This document shows, piece after piece, positions 50,392-59,439 of a DNA stretch of 64,000 bases. Origin of the DNA: an uncultured delta proteobacterium (GTDB taxonomy: Bacteria > Desulfobacterota > Binatia > Binatales > Binataceae). Numbering within the stretch: position 1 is the stretch's first letter; every line of letters begins with the position of its first letter. The position numbers were made by a program, and so were the translations under genes. Under the pieces are notes generated by a model that saw only the letters and a list, made by a program, of their open reading frames with translations, was not told the origin of the DNA and searched no databases. Location: contig CAVRVY010000003.1 of assembly GCA_963724765.1 (NCBI GenBank), positions 1,184,001 to 1,248,000 on the forward strand. The letters run 5' to 3'.

Positions 50392-50772
50392 ATGAAGTAT
50401 TCGACAAAGAAGTATTCGCGAAATCCAAAAAAAGGCTTGTTGGCGACGGTGGCGTTCGTGTTGGTGGCGGCCTTTGCCCTTGCCGGATGCAGCGGTCAGC
50501 CGCTATCGACGCGTGAGGAAGGAACGCTCGGCGGCGGCGTGCTGGGCGCAGGTGCAGGAGCGATAATCGGCGCCGCCGTCGGCCATCCGGGCGCCGGCGC
50601 TGCGATTGGCGGCGCGCTTGGCGCGGGCACCGGCTACGTCGTCAGCAACTCGATGCAGAACAACCAGGACGCGCAGGCGCAGACCCAGGGCCAGATCCAG
50701 CAGCAGCAGCAGGAACTCGAACAACAGCGCCAGCAGATCGAACAGCTCAAGCAACAGCAGCAGACCGAGTGA
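50392..50772 (+). CDS. Glycine-zipper lipoprotein with Gln-rich tail, copy 2
   Basis: LAGC lipobox, GxxxG repeats, ends QQQQTE*. Confidence 0.88.
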   Translation: MKYSTKKYSRNPKKGLLATVAFVLVAAFALAGCSGQPLSTREEGTLGGGVLGAGAGAIIGAAVGHPGAGAAIGGALGAGTGYVVSNSMQNNQDAQAQTQGQIQQQQQELEQQRQQIEQLKQQQQTE

Positions 50773-50823
50773 GCGAGGACCAGCCAGAGGTGGCCCGTGG
50801 AGGGGATGAGACAAGGTGCTTAT

Positions 50824-51195
50824 ATGAAGAACTTGAATAAAGCTAATTCTCGCGGGGCGATGGTTGTGATGGCGGTGCTGTCGCTGGTCGTGACCTTTGC
50901 GCTGGCAGGATGCGGCCCGCAGGGGATGTCCACGACTACGGAAGGAACGCTGGGCGGTGGCGTGCTGGGCGGCGGTGCCGGCGCCCTGATCGGTGCGGCA
51001 GTGGGGCATCCGATCGCCGGTGCCGCGATCGGCGGCGCGCTTGGCGCGGGCGGCGGCTACGTGGTGGGCAACTCGATGCAGAACCAGCAGACCGCAACTC
51101 AGCAGCAGGAAGGACAGATTCAGGCCCAGCAGCAACAGCTCGAAAGTCAGCGCCTCCAGATCCAGCAGCTTCAGCAGCAACAGCAGACCGAATAG
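50824..51195 (+). CDS. Glycine-zipper lipoprotein with Gln-rich tail, copy 3
   Basis: LAGC lipobox, GxxxG repeats, ends QQQQTE*. Confidence 0.88.
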   Translation: MKNLNKANSRGAMVVMAVLSLVVTFALAGCGPQGMSTTTEGTLGGGVLGGGAGALIGAAVGHPIAGAAIGGALGAGGGYVVGNSMQNQQTATQQQEGQIQAQQQQLESQRLQIQQLQQQQQTE

Positions 51196-51237
51196 CGTGA
51201 CAGTAAAGCGGACGTAAATACGAGACTGAATGAACGA

Positions 51238-51281
51238 CGTGCGGCGCGGGCCCGGGCGGGCTCCGCGCCGCATGCGTTTTT
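51238..51281 (+). terminator. Rho-independent terminator
   Basis: TGCGGCGCGG...CCGCGCCGCA stem plus TTTTT. Confidence 0.65.
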
Positions 51282-51302
51282 GGTTTCGCTCAGCCTGGCG
51301 CG

Positions 51303-52178
51303 CTAGGCCGGATGGCAGAGCTTGCAAGCACGCAGTCCCGCACTGCGCGCGCGTCCCGAATTGGCAAAGATGAGCGATTTCGCGGGGTCGGCGCGCATCG
51401 CCGCATGGCATTGCGGACGGCAGAAGATGTGCGTCACCAAATGTCCCATCACGCTGCCCACCGGCAATCGATGATCGCGAGCTACGCTGAAGCCCTCGGC
51501 GCGCAACAACTTGATCTTGCGCGACACGCCGCCGCCGTAGTTGCCGATCGTGCCGTCGGAGCGGATCACGCGATGGCATGGGACGTAGAGCGGCACCGGA
51601 TTGGTGGCCATCGTATTGCCAATCGCGCGTTGGCCCGACGGCGCGCCGACCGCTGCTGCAAGTGCCTGGTAGGTGATGACCGAGCCGGGCGGTACCGCAC
51701 GGCGAAGCCGCATCAGCGCGCGCCGCTGGAAATCTGTCCGCACCAGGCTGAGGTCAACCGGACGGTCGAGCGCATGCATGTCGCCGCGTAGGTAGCGCTC
51801 GATCTCGCGCCCGATACGCGCGGCGACGCGCGCGTCCTCGACCAGGTCGAAGCTCTCCTTCAACGCCGCCAGCGCGTCGGGTGCGTCGGGCACGTCGAGG
51901 AACTGCACTGCGAGCAGGCCGCGCGCGCTCTCGGCGACCAGCAGGCGGCCGACCGGCGAGTCAATCACACCGACGCGTGCGAGCGGCCTGCGCGCACGGC
52001 CAAGCGTCCGTGCCAGCTTTGAACGCACCGCACGCAGCGCCGCGTCGACCGCGGCGTCGTCGGGCGCGCTGTCCATCCCGAGCGGCCCGTCATCGTCGAG
52101 CATCTCGCGCATCAGTATTTCGTTCTTGAGCGTCTCATTCACGATGTTCACCGTCCTGGATGTCGCCGCCTTGCGCAT
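51303..52178 (-). CDS. Methylated-DNA--protein-cysteine methyltransferase with C-terminal Ada Zn domain
   Basis: SPVGRL, NPVPLYVPCHRVI; C-terminal IFCRPQC...RACKLC. Confidence 0.9.
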   Translation of the reverse strand: MRKAATSRTVNIVNETLKNEILMREMLDDDGPLGMDSAPDDAAVDAALRAVRSKLARTLGRARRPLARVGVIDSPVGRLLVAESARGLLAVQFLDVPDAPDALAALKESFDLVEDARVAARIGREIERYLRGDMHALDRPVDLSLVRTDFQRRALMRLRRAVPPGSVITYQALAAAVGAPSGQRAIGNTMATNPVPLYVPCHRVIRSDGTIGNYGGGVSRKIKLLRAEGFSVARDHRLPVGSVMGHLVTHIFCRPQCHAAMRADPAKSLIFANSGRARSAGLRACKLCHPA

Positions 52179-52696
52179 TACCGGATCGCCTTGAGCTTTT
52201 TCAGCGCCTGGTAGACGCTGGCCCGCGCGCTGTCCGCCGAGCACTCCAGCGCCGCGCCGATTTCCTCGTATTCGAGTCCCGCGAACTTGCGCATCACCAG
52301 GGCCTGGCCCTGTTTGTGGGGCAGTGCCGCGATTGCGCGCCGGAGATGGATCGCGCCCTCGTGTCCGCCGCGGTCGGCGGACGCGGACGTAGGGTTATGA
52401 TCGCCATCGGTGGGATCGTCGCCGTTGCTTATCACGCGCGCCCGCCGCATATTGTCGCGCGCGCGGTTGCGGCAGAGATTGGTCGCGATTCGGTATAGCC
52501 ACGGCCGCAGACCCTGCTCCGAGTCGAGTTGCGGATAGGCGCGGTATGCGCGCAGCCAGGTCTCCTGAAAGAGATCGAGCGCGTCGTTCTGATCGCGGGT
52601 CATGCGCAGCAGAAAGCGCATGATCTCGCGCTCGTGGCGGCCGAGCGCTTCCTCGAACGGAGGCGGCAACGTGAGTTTTTTTGCCGTGGCTTCCAT
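52178..52696 (-). CDS. ECF sigma factor
   Basis: DLFQETWLRAY, WLYRIATNLC, LEYEEIGAALECS; TAATG overlap with the downstream gene. Confidence 0.9.
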   Translation of the reverse strand: MEATAKKLTLPPPFEEALGRHEREIMRFLLRMTRDQNDALDLFQETWLRAYRAYPQLDSEQGLRPWLYRIATNLCRNRARDNMRRARVISNGDDPTDGDHNPTSASADRGGHEGAIHLRRAIAALPHKQGQALVMRKFAGLEYEEIGAALECSADSARASVYQALKKLKAIR

Positions 52697-52852
52697 GGCG
52701 TAGGTTATAACCCCGCTCGAGGTCTGGCGTGAATCGGCGATCATGGTGCCCCGGCAGTTCGGCCGTTCCTCTACCCTGTCGGGCGCGGAGCGATTAGAGT
52801 TGACGGCGACCGCTGTAGATTCACGTCGCCGCCTGCTCTAACGGGGAAAACG

Positions 52853-53545
52853 ATGGGAGCCGTCGGACTGATTGCGCTGTGGGCCGCACTATTCCTGGCC
52901 GGCCATTTCATCCTGTCCTCGGATGCCGTGCGCGGAGCGATCGTCGGGGCGGTCGGCGAGCAGCCTTTTCGCGGCATCTATTCGCTGGTCGCGCTGGGGA
53001 CCTTCATCCCGCTGGTCTTTGTGTTCGCCCATCACAAGCATGCGGGCGCGATGCTGTGGAACCTGCGCGGGGTCGCGCCGCTACGATGGCTGGTGTGGCT
53101 GATGATGCTGGTCGCGCTGATAATGTGGGTCGCGTCGCTGATAACCCCCAATCCGGTGGCGCTCGGCGCGCCGGATAATCTCACGCCGCGCGGCATCCTC
53201 AAGCTCACGCGCCATCCGGGCTTCGTCGCGTTCGCGATCTTCGGCTTCGCGCACATGCTGATGAATGGATGGATCGGCGACCTGGTGTTTTTCGGCACGT
53301 TTCCCGTGCTGGGCATCTTCGGCGGCCTGCATCAGGACCGTCGCAAACTGCGCGCGATAGGCGAGCGCTACCGCCGTTTTGTCGAGCAGACCTCGTTCAT
53401 GCCCGGGGCGGCGCTGCTCAATGGGCGCCAGCGATGCCATCCGGCCGAGGACGTGCCGTGGCTCGCGATCGCAATCGGCGTGGTGCTGACGGTCGTGCTA
53501 ATCGCGATTCATCCATGGGCCTTCGGCGGCCATCCGCTGGGTTAG
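52853..53545 (+). CDS. NnrU family membrane protein
   Basis: FRGIYSLV, TRHP, AHMLMNG, HPW. Confidence 0.85.
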   Translation: MGAVGLIALWAALFLAGHFILSSDAVRGAIVGAVGEQPFRGIYSLVALGTFIPLVFVFAHHKHAGAMLWNLRGVAPLRWLVWLMMLVALIMWVASLITPNPVALGAPDNLTPRGILKLTRHPGFVAFAIFGFAHMLMNGWIGDLVFFGTFPVLGIFGGLHQDRRKLRAIGERYRRFVEQTSFMPGAALLNGRQRCHPAEDVPWLAIAIGVVLTVVLIAIHPWAFGGHPLG

Positions 53546-53623
53546 AGCCGCATTCCTTTGCCTGCGATTCTTGTCATGCCTTCGCCCGCGGTTTGTACGC
53601 GAGAGAGGGCGGGCGTGGAGCAA

Positions 53624-54409
53624 CTAACGCGCGGGCAATCTGAACAGGCGCGCGGCGTTGTCGCAAATCCGCGCGGCGAGCGCCGATGCATTAGCGCCGC
53701 GCAGCGCGGCCATCACCTCGAAGGTGCGGCGGACGTAGGCGGGCTCGTTGGGTTTGCCGCGATAGGGCTCGGGCGCGAGATAGGGCGCGTCGGTTTCGAT
53801 CAGCAGGCGGTCCTCCGGCACGACCATCGCGGCCACCCGCAACGCGTCGGCCTTCTTGAACGTGAGAATGCCGGAGAACGAGACATAAAAGCCGAGTTCG
53901 ACGAACTCGCGCGCCGCGCCGGCGTCGCCGGTGAAGCAATGGATCATCCCGCCGGCCGGGGGGAGACCCGTTTCGCGAACGATCTCGCAAAGCCGCCGCT
54001 CGGCGTCGCGGCAATGAATCATCACCGGACGATCGAGCGCGCGGGCAAGTTCCAGATGCCTCCTGAGCGAGCGCTCCTGCGCGTCGGCTGGCGAGTGCAG
54101 GTAGTGAAAATCCAGTCCGGTCTCGCCGATCGCGACCACTTTCGGCGAGCGCGCGAGCGCGGCGAGCGCCGCGACGCGTGGCTCGTCGCAATCGGAGGCG
54201 TTGTGCGGATGAACTCCGACGGCGGCGAAGACCTGCGGATGCCGCTCGGCGATCTCGACCGTCAGGCGGTCGGTCTCGATCGTGTCGATCGCGCCGACCG
54301 CGACGATCGTGCCCACCGCGGCATCGGATGCGCGCGCAAGCGCGCCGTCGAGGTCAGGATAGAGCCGCGGGTCGGCCAGATGACAATGCGCGTCGAGGAT
54401 CGTGTCCAT
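53624..54409 (-). CDS. tatD: TatD family hydrolase
   Basis: DAHCHL, GVHPH, IGETGLD, IHCR, HCF, ETDAPYL. Confidence 0.93.
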   Translation of the reverse strand: MDTILDAHCHLADPRLYPDLDGALARASDAAVGTIVAVGAIDTIETDRLTVEIAERHPQVFAAVGVHPHNASDCDEPRVAALAALARSPKVVAIGETGLDFHYLHSPADAQERSLRRHLELARALDRPVMIHCRDAERRLCEIVRETGLPPAGGMIHCFTGDAGAAREFVELGFYVSFSGILTFKKADALRVAAMVVPEDRLLIETDAPYLAPEPYRGKPNEPAYVRRTFEVMAALRGANASALAARICDNAARLFRLPAR

Positions 54410-54432
54410 ATCAGTTTTCGACGAGCACTCGA

Positions 54433-55662
54433 TCAATTTTCGACCAGGACTTGGTGGCCGTTGGCGGCTAGCGCCTCGCGGATGCGCTCGATATGGCCGT
54501 GGCCGCGCGTCTCGAGTTCCAGCGTGACGCGCGCGCCGCCGATCCGGACGTCGCGCCGCGTGCGGTCGTGTTGGATCGCATGCACGTTGGCGCCCTGCTC
54601 GGCGATCACGGCGAGCAATCGCCCCAGCTCTCCCGGCCGGTCCCGCATCTCCACGGTCAGCCGCATCAGCCGCCCCGCCTTGGCGAGTCCGTGCCCGATG
54701 ATCCGGTCGAGCAGGTTGACGTCGATATTGCCGCCGCTCACCACAATCACCACGCGTCGCCCGGCGATCGCGCCGCCCAGCTTCAGCGCGCCGGCCAGCG
54801 CCGCCGCGCCCGCGCCCTCGGCCAGCAACTTCATCCGCTCGAGCATCAGCAGCACCGCCTCGCCGATCTCGAAGTCGTCGACCGTCACTACGCGGTCGAG
54901 GCGGTCGCGCACGATCTCGAACGCCAACCGCCCGACGCGTCCGGTGGCAAGGCCGTCGGCGATAGTGTCGACTGCGGTTGGCACGGTGGAGGGCACGCCC
55001 TGACCGAGGCTGAGGCTGAGTTGCGCCGAGCCCGCAGCCTCGACGCCGATCAGTTTCGCTCGCGGGGCATGCGCGGCAAGCGCGCAAGCGATTCCCGCGA
55101 TCAAGCCACCGCCGCCCACCGGCACCAGCACGAAGTCGGGCGCGAGTTCAGCGGCGATTTCCAGGCCGACCGTACCCTGCCCGGCGATCACGAACGGATC
55201 GTCGTAGGCGTCGACGAACAGTGCGGCGGTGCGCGCGCAGATTTCCTCGGCGGCGCGACGGGCTTCGAGGTAGTCGATACCGGCAAGCTCGACCGTCTGG
55301 CCGTAGCTGCGCGTCGCATCGATTTTGGCGATCGCGGCCGTCGTCGGCATCACGATCGTCGCGCGCACGCCCGCGCGCGAGGCGGCACAGGCAAGCGCCT
55401 GGCCATGATTGCCGGCCGACGCGGCGACTACGCCGCGCGCGGCCTCGGTGGGCGAAAGCGCCGCGACTCGGTTGTACGCCCCGCGAATCTTGAACGAGCC
55501 GGTCTTCTGCAGGTTCTCGGGCTTGAGGTAGACCTCCGCGGCGAGCATCTGTGAAAGCGTCGCGCTATGGATGAGCGGGGTCGGCTTGACGATTCCCGCC
55601 AGCCGCTCGCGCGCAAGCTCGAGGTCTTCGATTGTGACGCTTTCGGAAATCGTCGCGCTCAT
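54433..55662 (-). CDS. ilvA: Threonine ammonia-lyase with ACT domain
   Basis: ENLQKTGSFKIRGA, SAGNHGQ, PVGGGGL, SGGNID, DRPGEL. Confidence 0.93.
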   Translation of the reverse strand: MSATISESVTIEDLELARERLAGIVKPTPLIHSATLSQMLAAEVYLKPENLQKTGSFKIRGAYNRVAALSPTEAARGVVAASAGNHGQALACAASRAGVRATIVMPTTAAIAKIDATRSYGQTVELAGIDYLEARRAAEEICARTAALFVDAYDDPFVIAGQGTVGLEIAAELAPDFVLVPVGGGGLIAGIACALAAHAPRAKLIGVEAAGSAQLSLSLGQGVPSTVPTAVDTIADGLATGRVGRLAFEIVRDRLDRVVTVDDFEIGEAVLLMLERMKLLAEGAGAAALAGALKLGGAIAGRRVVIVVSGGNIDVNLLDRIIGHGLAKAGRLMRLTVEMRDRPGELGRLLAVIAEQGANVHAIQHDRTRRDVRIGGARVTLELETRGHGHIERIREALAANGHQVLVEN

Positions 55663-55692
55663 TTCTTCCACCCGCACCGCGCGCGCGGCTAC

Positions 55693-56046
55693 TCAATGCT
55701 GATGCGGATGCGGAGTGAAGCGGCGCTCGCGCGAGGCGCCGAAGGAATTCCCCTCGAACTCGACCTGGACGCATTCGCCGCTTCGCCAATCCAGATCGAG
55801 CAGAAGGTAGCGGACCGCGCGCTGCTTGACCGCGTTGACCAGCGAGGCGACCTGGGCCGGATCGGCCGGGTCGATCGCGCCGGTCTCGGCGGCGTCGAGA
55901 TGGCTTGCGGCGACGAACTCGCGCGCGCGCTGTTCGCTCGAAAATCCCAGCACGCCGGCCCAATGCGTGCCCTCTTCCTGGTAAACGATCAGCGCGCCCG
56001 AGGAGTCGAGCAGCAGATGCAATTCCTTTGCGGCAAGCGCGTTCAA
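55693..56046 (-). CDS. Hypothetical protein
   Basis: Host-like codons; start overlaps the upstream stop. Confidence 0.6.
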   Translation of the reverse strand: MNALAAKELHLLLDSSGALIVYQEEGTHWAGVLGFSSEQRAREFVAASHLDAAETGAIDPADPAQVASLVNAVKQRAVRYLLLDLDWRSGECVQVEFEGNSFGASRERRFTPHPHQH

Positions 56047-56384
56047 GCCGCCTCGATCCTGAGCCGGCCGGCGCGCAGCGCCTCGGCGCGCTCGTGCACC
56101 AGCGCGGGGTAGGTGTAGTAGTGATCGCCGCTTAAGCGCAGGAAGGACGCGACGTCGACGTCGTCGAGGCGCATCTCTCCGATCCGCGCCTCGGCTGCGT
56201 CGCGGCTGGGGGCTTTCAGGACGGTGTCGTAAATCGTGCGCGCCTGCTCGGAGAGAAAGTCCTCGCGCGGCGGCAGCGCCGCGGGCGGAAGTTTGCCGGC
56301 GTGGAAATTGTCGAGGATATAGCGCAGTGCCTTGAGTTCGTGGCGCAACACGTCGATTTGCTTCAGAGTCTTGTCGGGCATCAC
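56043..56384 (-). CDS. Hypothetical protein
   Basis: Host-like codons; operon position. Confidence 0.6.
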   Translation of the reverse strand: MMPDKTLKQIDVLRHELKALRYILDNFHAGKLPPAALPPREDFLSEQARTIYDTVLKAPSRDAAEARIGEMRLDDVDVASFLRLSGDHYYTYPALVHERAEALRAGRLRIEAA

Positions 56385-56469
56385 TCAGAAGCTTATCGCC
56401 GCCGCGCGGGTCAGTTCAACGCGGCCCTTAAGGGCGCGGGGCGATGCTTGCGGGCGGTCAGGAGCGCGG

Positions 56470-57345
56470 CTAGCTGCGGGTCAGGCGATGGACCATGCCG
56501 AGATGGCGCAGCGCCTCGCGCTTGCGGCCCATCGATTCGTACAGCTCGGCCAGGTTGCGATGCGCCGCGAGCGAGAGCGGATCGCATTCCGTCGCACGCA
56601 CGAAGCTCCCGAGCGCATTTTGCGGGTCCTCGCGGCGGCGATAGATCAGGCCCAGGCGCACATGGACCTCGGCGTTGGTGGGAACGATCGCCGCGGCGCC
56701 GAGCAGTGCGCGCAACGAACCGGCGAGGTCGCCCTCGCGCTCCAGCAGTCCGGCGAGATCGATATGCGCTTCGAAATTGCCCGGCTCGCGTCCCAGCAGT
56801 TCGCTGTACAGCGTCAGTGCGCGCAGCGGGTCGCTTTCGGCCAGCCGGCGCGCTTCCTCGAAGCGTTCGCGCACGCGGGCCGGGCCGAAACGCTCCTCGA
56901 CCTTGCCTGGCGCCGGCGGCGCGTCAAAGTTGAGCAGGATCTGACCGCTCATCGCCTCGACCATCACGTTGCCGTCGCGCACCACGATCTGGCCCTCGTA
57001 ATTGGCGAGCCTGAGCGAGGTGACCGGCCGTGCCGGTCCGAACATCCCGCGTACCCGCTCCAAGCATCGGCGCACCGGGTCCAGATGACGGTGCGTCGGA
57101 AGCAGTTCCTTGGCCAGGCGCATCACCAGCAGATCGTCGAAGCCGAAACGCATCTGGCGTCCGCCCTTCAAAGGCCGCACCAGCGAGCGTTTGACCCAGT
57201 AGCGAATCCGATCGGGCGAGATTGCGAGAATACGCGCCGCCGCGCGGGTCGAAAAAGTGTGCGCGCGCCTTACCGCCGCATCGTCCAACGTCCCCACCAC
57301 GGCCCGAGTATAAAAACTAGTCCGTGGCGTCTCAACGCCGTCCAT
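56470..57345 (-). CDS. MerR-type HTH plus TPR protein
   Basis: FSTRAAARIL..RIRYW..FGFDDL; C-terminal TPR (AHRNLAELYE); start uncertain. Confidence 0.78.
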   Translation of the reverse strand: MDGVETPRTSFYTRAVVGTLDDAAVRRAHTFSTRAAARILAISPDRIRYWVKRSLVRPLKGGRQMRFGFDDLLVMRLAKELLPTHRHLDPVRRCLERVRGMFGPARPVTSLRLANYEGQIVVRDGNVMVEAMSGQILLNFDAPPAPGKVEERFGPARVRERFEEARRLAESDPLRALTLYSELLGREPGNFEAHIDLAGLLEREGDLAGSLRALLGAAAIVPTNAEVHVRLGLIYRRREDPQNALGSFVRATECDPLSLAAHRNLAELYESMGRKREALRHLGMVHRLTRS

Positions 57346-57448
57346 GGCGATCTTTTAACAGCGCCCTGTTGAGAGGCTGTCAGCAGAACTTGCCGCTCAG
57401 CGATAGGGCGGCCGCCATTCGCATGCGGCTCGCGCCACGATAAGCGGG

Positions 57449-57862
57449 CTATTCGCCGATTTCCTTGAGCGTGCGCACCATCCGGACCGCCGCCTCGACT
57501 GCGTTGCGCGCGTTGTCGATTCGGTCGAGCGCCTGTTCGCGGGTCATCCCCGGCCCGGTCATCCCGAGCGCGACCGGCTTGTCGAACTGCAGCGCCAGGT
57601 CGGCGGCGGCGCGCGCGGCGGCGTGCGCGACCACCTCGTCGTGCCCGGTGTCGCCCTTAATCACGGTGCCGATTACCACCACCGCGTCGACGTCCTTGCG
57701 CCGCACCAGTTTTTTGATCGCCGGGCCCATGTCGAACACGCCCGGGACGTGGACCACGTGGCTCACCTCGACCCCGAGGAAGGCGGCGTGGCGCCGGGCC
57801 CGCTCCTCCATCGCGGAGGTCACGTCAAAGTTGAACTCCGACACTACCATCGCGATTTTCAC
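57449..57862 (-). CDS. ribH: 6,7-dimethyl-8-ribityllumazine synthase
   Basis: [29 protein letters not shown]. Confidence 0.9.
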   Translation of the reverse strand: MKIAMVVSEFNFDVTSAMEERARRHAAFLGVEVSHVVHVPGVFDMGPAIKKLVRRKDVDAVVVIGTVIKGDTGHDEVVAHAAARAAADLALQFDKPVALGMTGPGMTREQALDRIDNARNAVEAAVRMVRTLKEIGE

Positions 57863-58659
57863 ATGCCGCTCCTCTCTTCCAGGTGGATCGCCTCGCGAAT
57901 TTCGACTCCGCCCGCGCGCAAGTAGCGCTTGAGGTCGGGAATCGTACACTCGCCGTAATGGACGATCGAGGCGACGATCGCGGCGTCGGCGCCGCCCGCG
58001 GTAAACGCGTCGAGCAGATGGCGCGGCTCGCCGGCGCCGCCCGAGGCGATCACCGGGATTCCCACCCCGTCCGCGATCATCCGGGTTATTTCGAGATCGT
58101 AGCCGGCCTTGGTGCCGTCGGCGTCGATCGAGTTGATACACAATTCGCCGGCGCCCAGACGCTCGCCCTCGCGCGACCATTCTAACGCGTCGCGCCCGGT
58201 CGGCGTGCGTCCACCGTCGATTATGACCTCGTGGCCCGAGGGCAGCCCCGCCCGTCCCGTGCGCTTGACTTGCATCGAGAGCACGACGCACTGACTGCCA
58301 AAGGCGCGCGCGCCGGCCGCAATCAGGCTCGGATCGCGCACCGCGCCCGAGTCGATCGAGACTTTCTCTGCCCCCGCCAGCAGCACCGTGCGCATATCCT
58401 CGAGCGTGCGCAAGCCGCCGCCGACGCTGAACGGGATGAAAATTTCACGCGCCACCGCGCGCACCACTTCGATCATGATCTCGCGCTGCTCGTTGGAGGC
58501 CGTGATGTCATAGAAGACCAGCTCGTCGGCGCCCTGCTCGTAGTAGTAACGCGCCATCGCGACCGGGTCGCCGACGTCGGCGTTGTCCAGGAACTGGACG
58601 CCCTTGGTGACCTTGCCCGCCCGCACGTCGAGGCAGGGGATGATGCGTTTGGCGATCAC
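57859..58659 (-). CDS. hisF: Imidazole glycerol phosphate synthase subunit HisF
   Basis: [39 protein letters not shown]. Confidence 0.96.
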   Translation of the reverse strand: MIAKRIIPCLDVRAGKVTKGVQFLDNADVGDPVAMARYYYEQGADELVFYDITASNEQREIMIEVVRAVAREIFIPFSVGGGLRTLEDMRTVLLAGAEKVSIDSGAVRDPSLIAAGARAFGSQCVVLSMQVKRTGRAGLPSGHEVIIDGGRTPTGRDALEWSREGERLGAGELCINSIDADGTKAGYDLEITRMIADGVGIPVIASGGAGEPRHLLDAFTAGGADAAIVASIVHYGECTIPDLKRYLRAGGVEIREAIHLEERSGM

Positions 58660-58663
58660 GGCG

Positions 58664-59284
58664 TCAGCTCTTGAGGCGGCAGAAGTTGTCGAGCAGGCGG
58701 AGCCCCGCGGCGCCGCTTTTTTCGAGATGGAACTGGGTGGCGACGACATTGTCGCGCGCGATCGCGGCACAAAACGGCACGCCGTGGTCGCTGGTCGCAA
58801 TCACCAGCGCCGGGTCGTCGGGAATCGGATAGTAGGAGTTGACGAAATAGAAGTGAGTATTGTCGGGAACGCCGCGAAACACTGGATGGGGCCGCGTCTG
58901 GCGCACGCGATTCCATCCGATCTGCGGAACTTTCAGCGGGCGGCCGTCGACCGCCGCCGGAAAGCGGACCACGCGCCCTGCGATAATTCCGAGGCAGCGG
59001 GCGTCGTCCTCCTCGCTTCGATCGAGCAGCACCTGGATCCCGATGCAGATGCCGAGGAATGGCTTGCCTGCGCGGACGACGTCGTTGCGCAGAACCTCGT
59101 CGAGTTCCAGCGTGCGCAGGTTCTCCATCGTGGCACCTGCGGCGCCGACGCCGGGCAGGATCACGCGGTCGGCGGCGCGCACGCGCTCGGGGCGGTCGGT
59201 AACCTCGCAGGGATAGCCGAGATGCTCGAGCGCTCGCGCGACGCTGGTGAGATTTCCCGCCTTGTAATCGACTATTGCAATCAT
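58664..59284 (-). CDS. hisH: Imidazole glycerol phosphate synthase subunit HisH
   Basis: LPGVG, LGICIG, VPQIGWN, QFHLEKS. Confidence 0.95.
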   Translation of the reverse strand: MIAIVDYKAGNLTSVARALEHLGYPCEVTDRPERVRAADRVILPGVGAAGATMENLRTLELDEVLRNDVVRAGKPFLGICIGIQVLLDRSEEDDARCLGIIAGRVVRFPAAVDGRPLKVPQIGWNRVRQTRPHPVFRGVPDNTHFYFVNSYYPIPDDPALVIATSDHGVPFCAAIARDNVVATQFHLEKSGAAGLRLLDNFCRLKS

Positions 59285-59439
59285 CAGGGTTCTTGCGGGG
59301 TTCTTGCGCCAACCGCGCTGCGCAACCCGGGTAAGCATCTTAGCTTGAGCGCCCGGCCCGCGCGACATCGCTTTCCGGCCGATTCGTCGGCTGTCTGCGA
59401 GGCTTCCAAAGGCATCGCGATGCGACTTATCGGCCGCGC

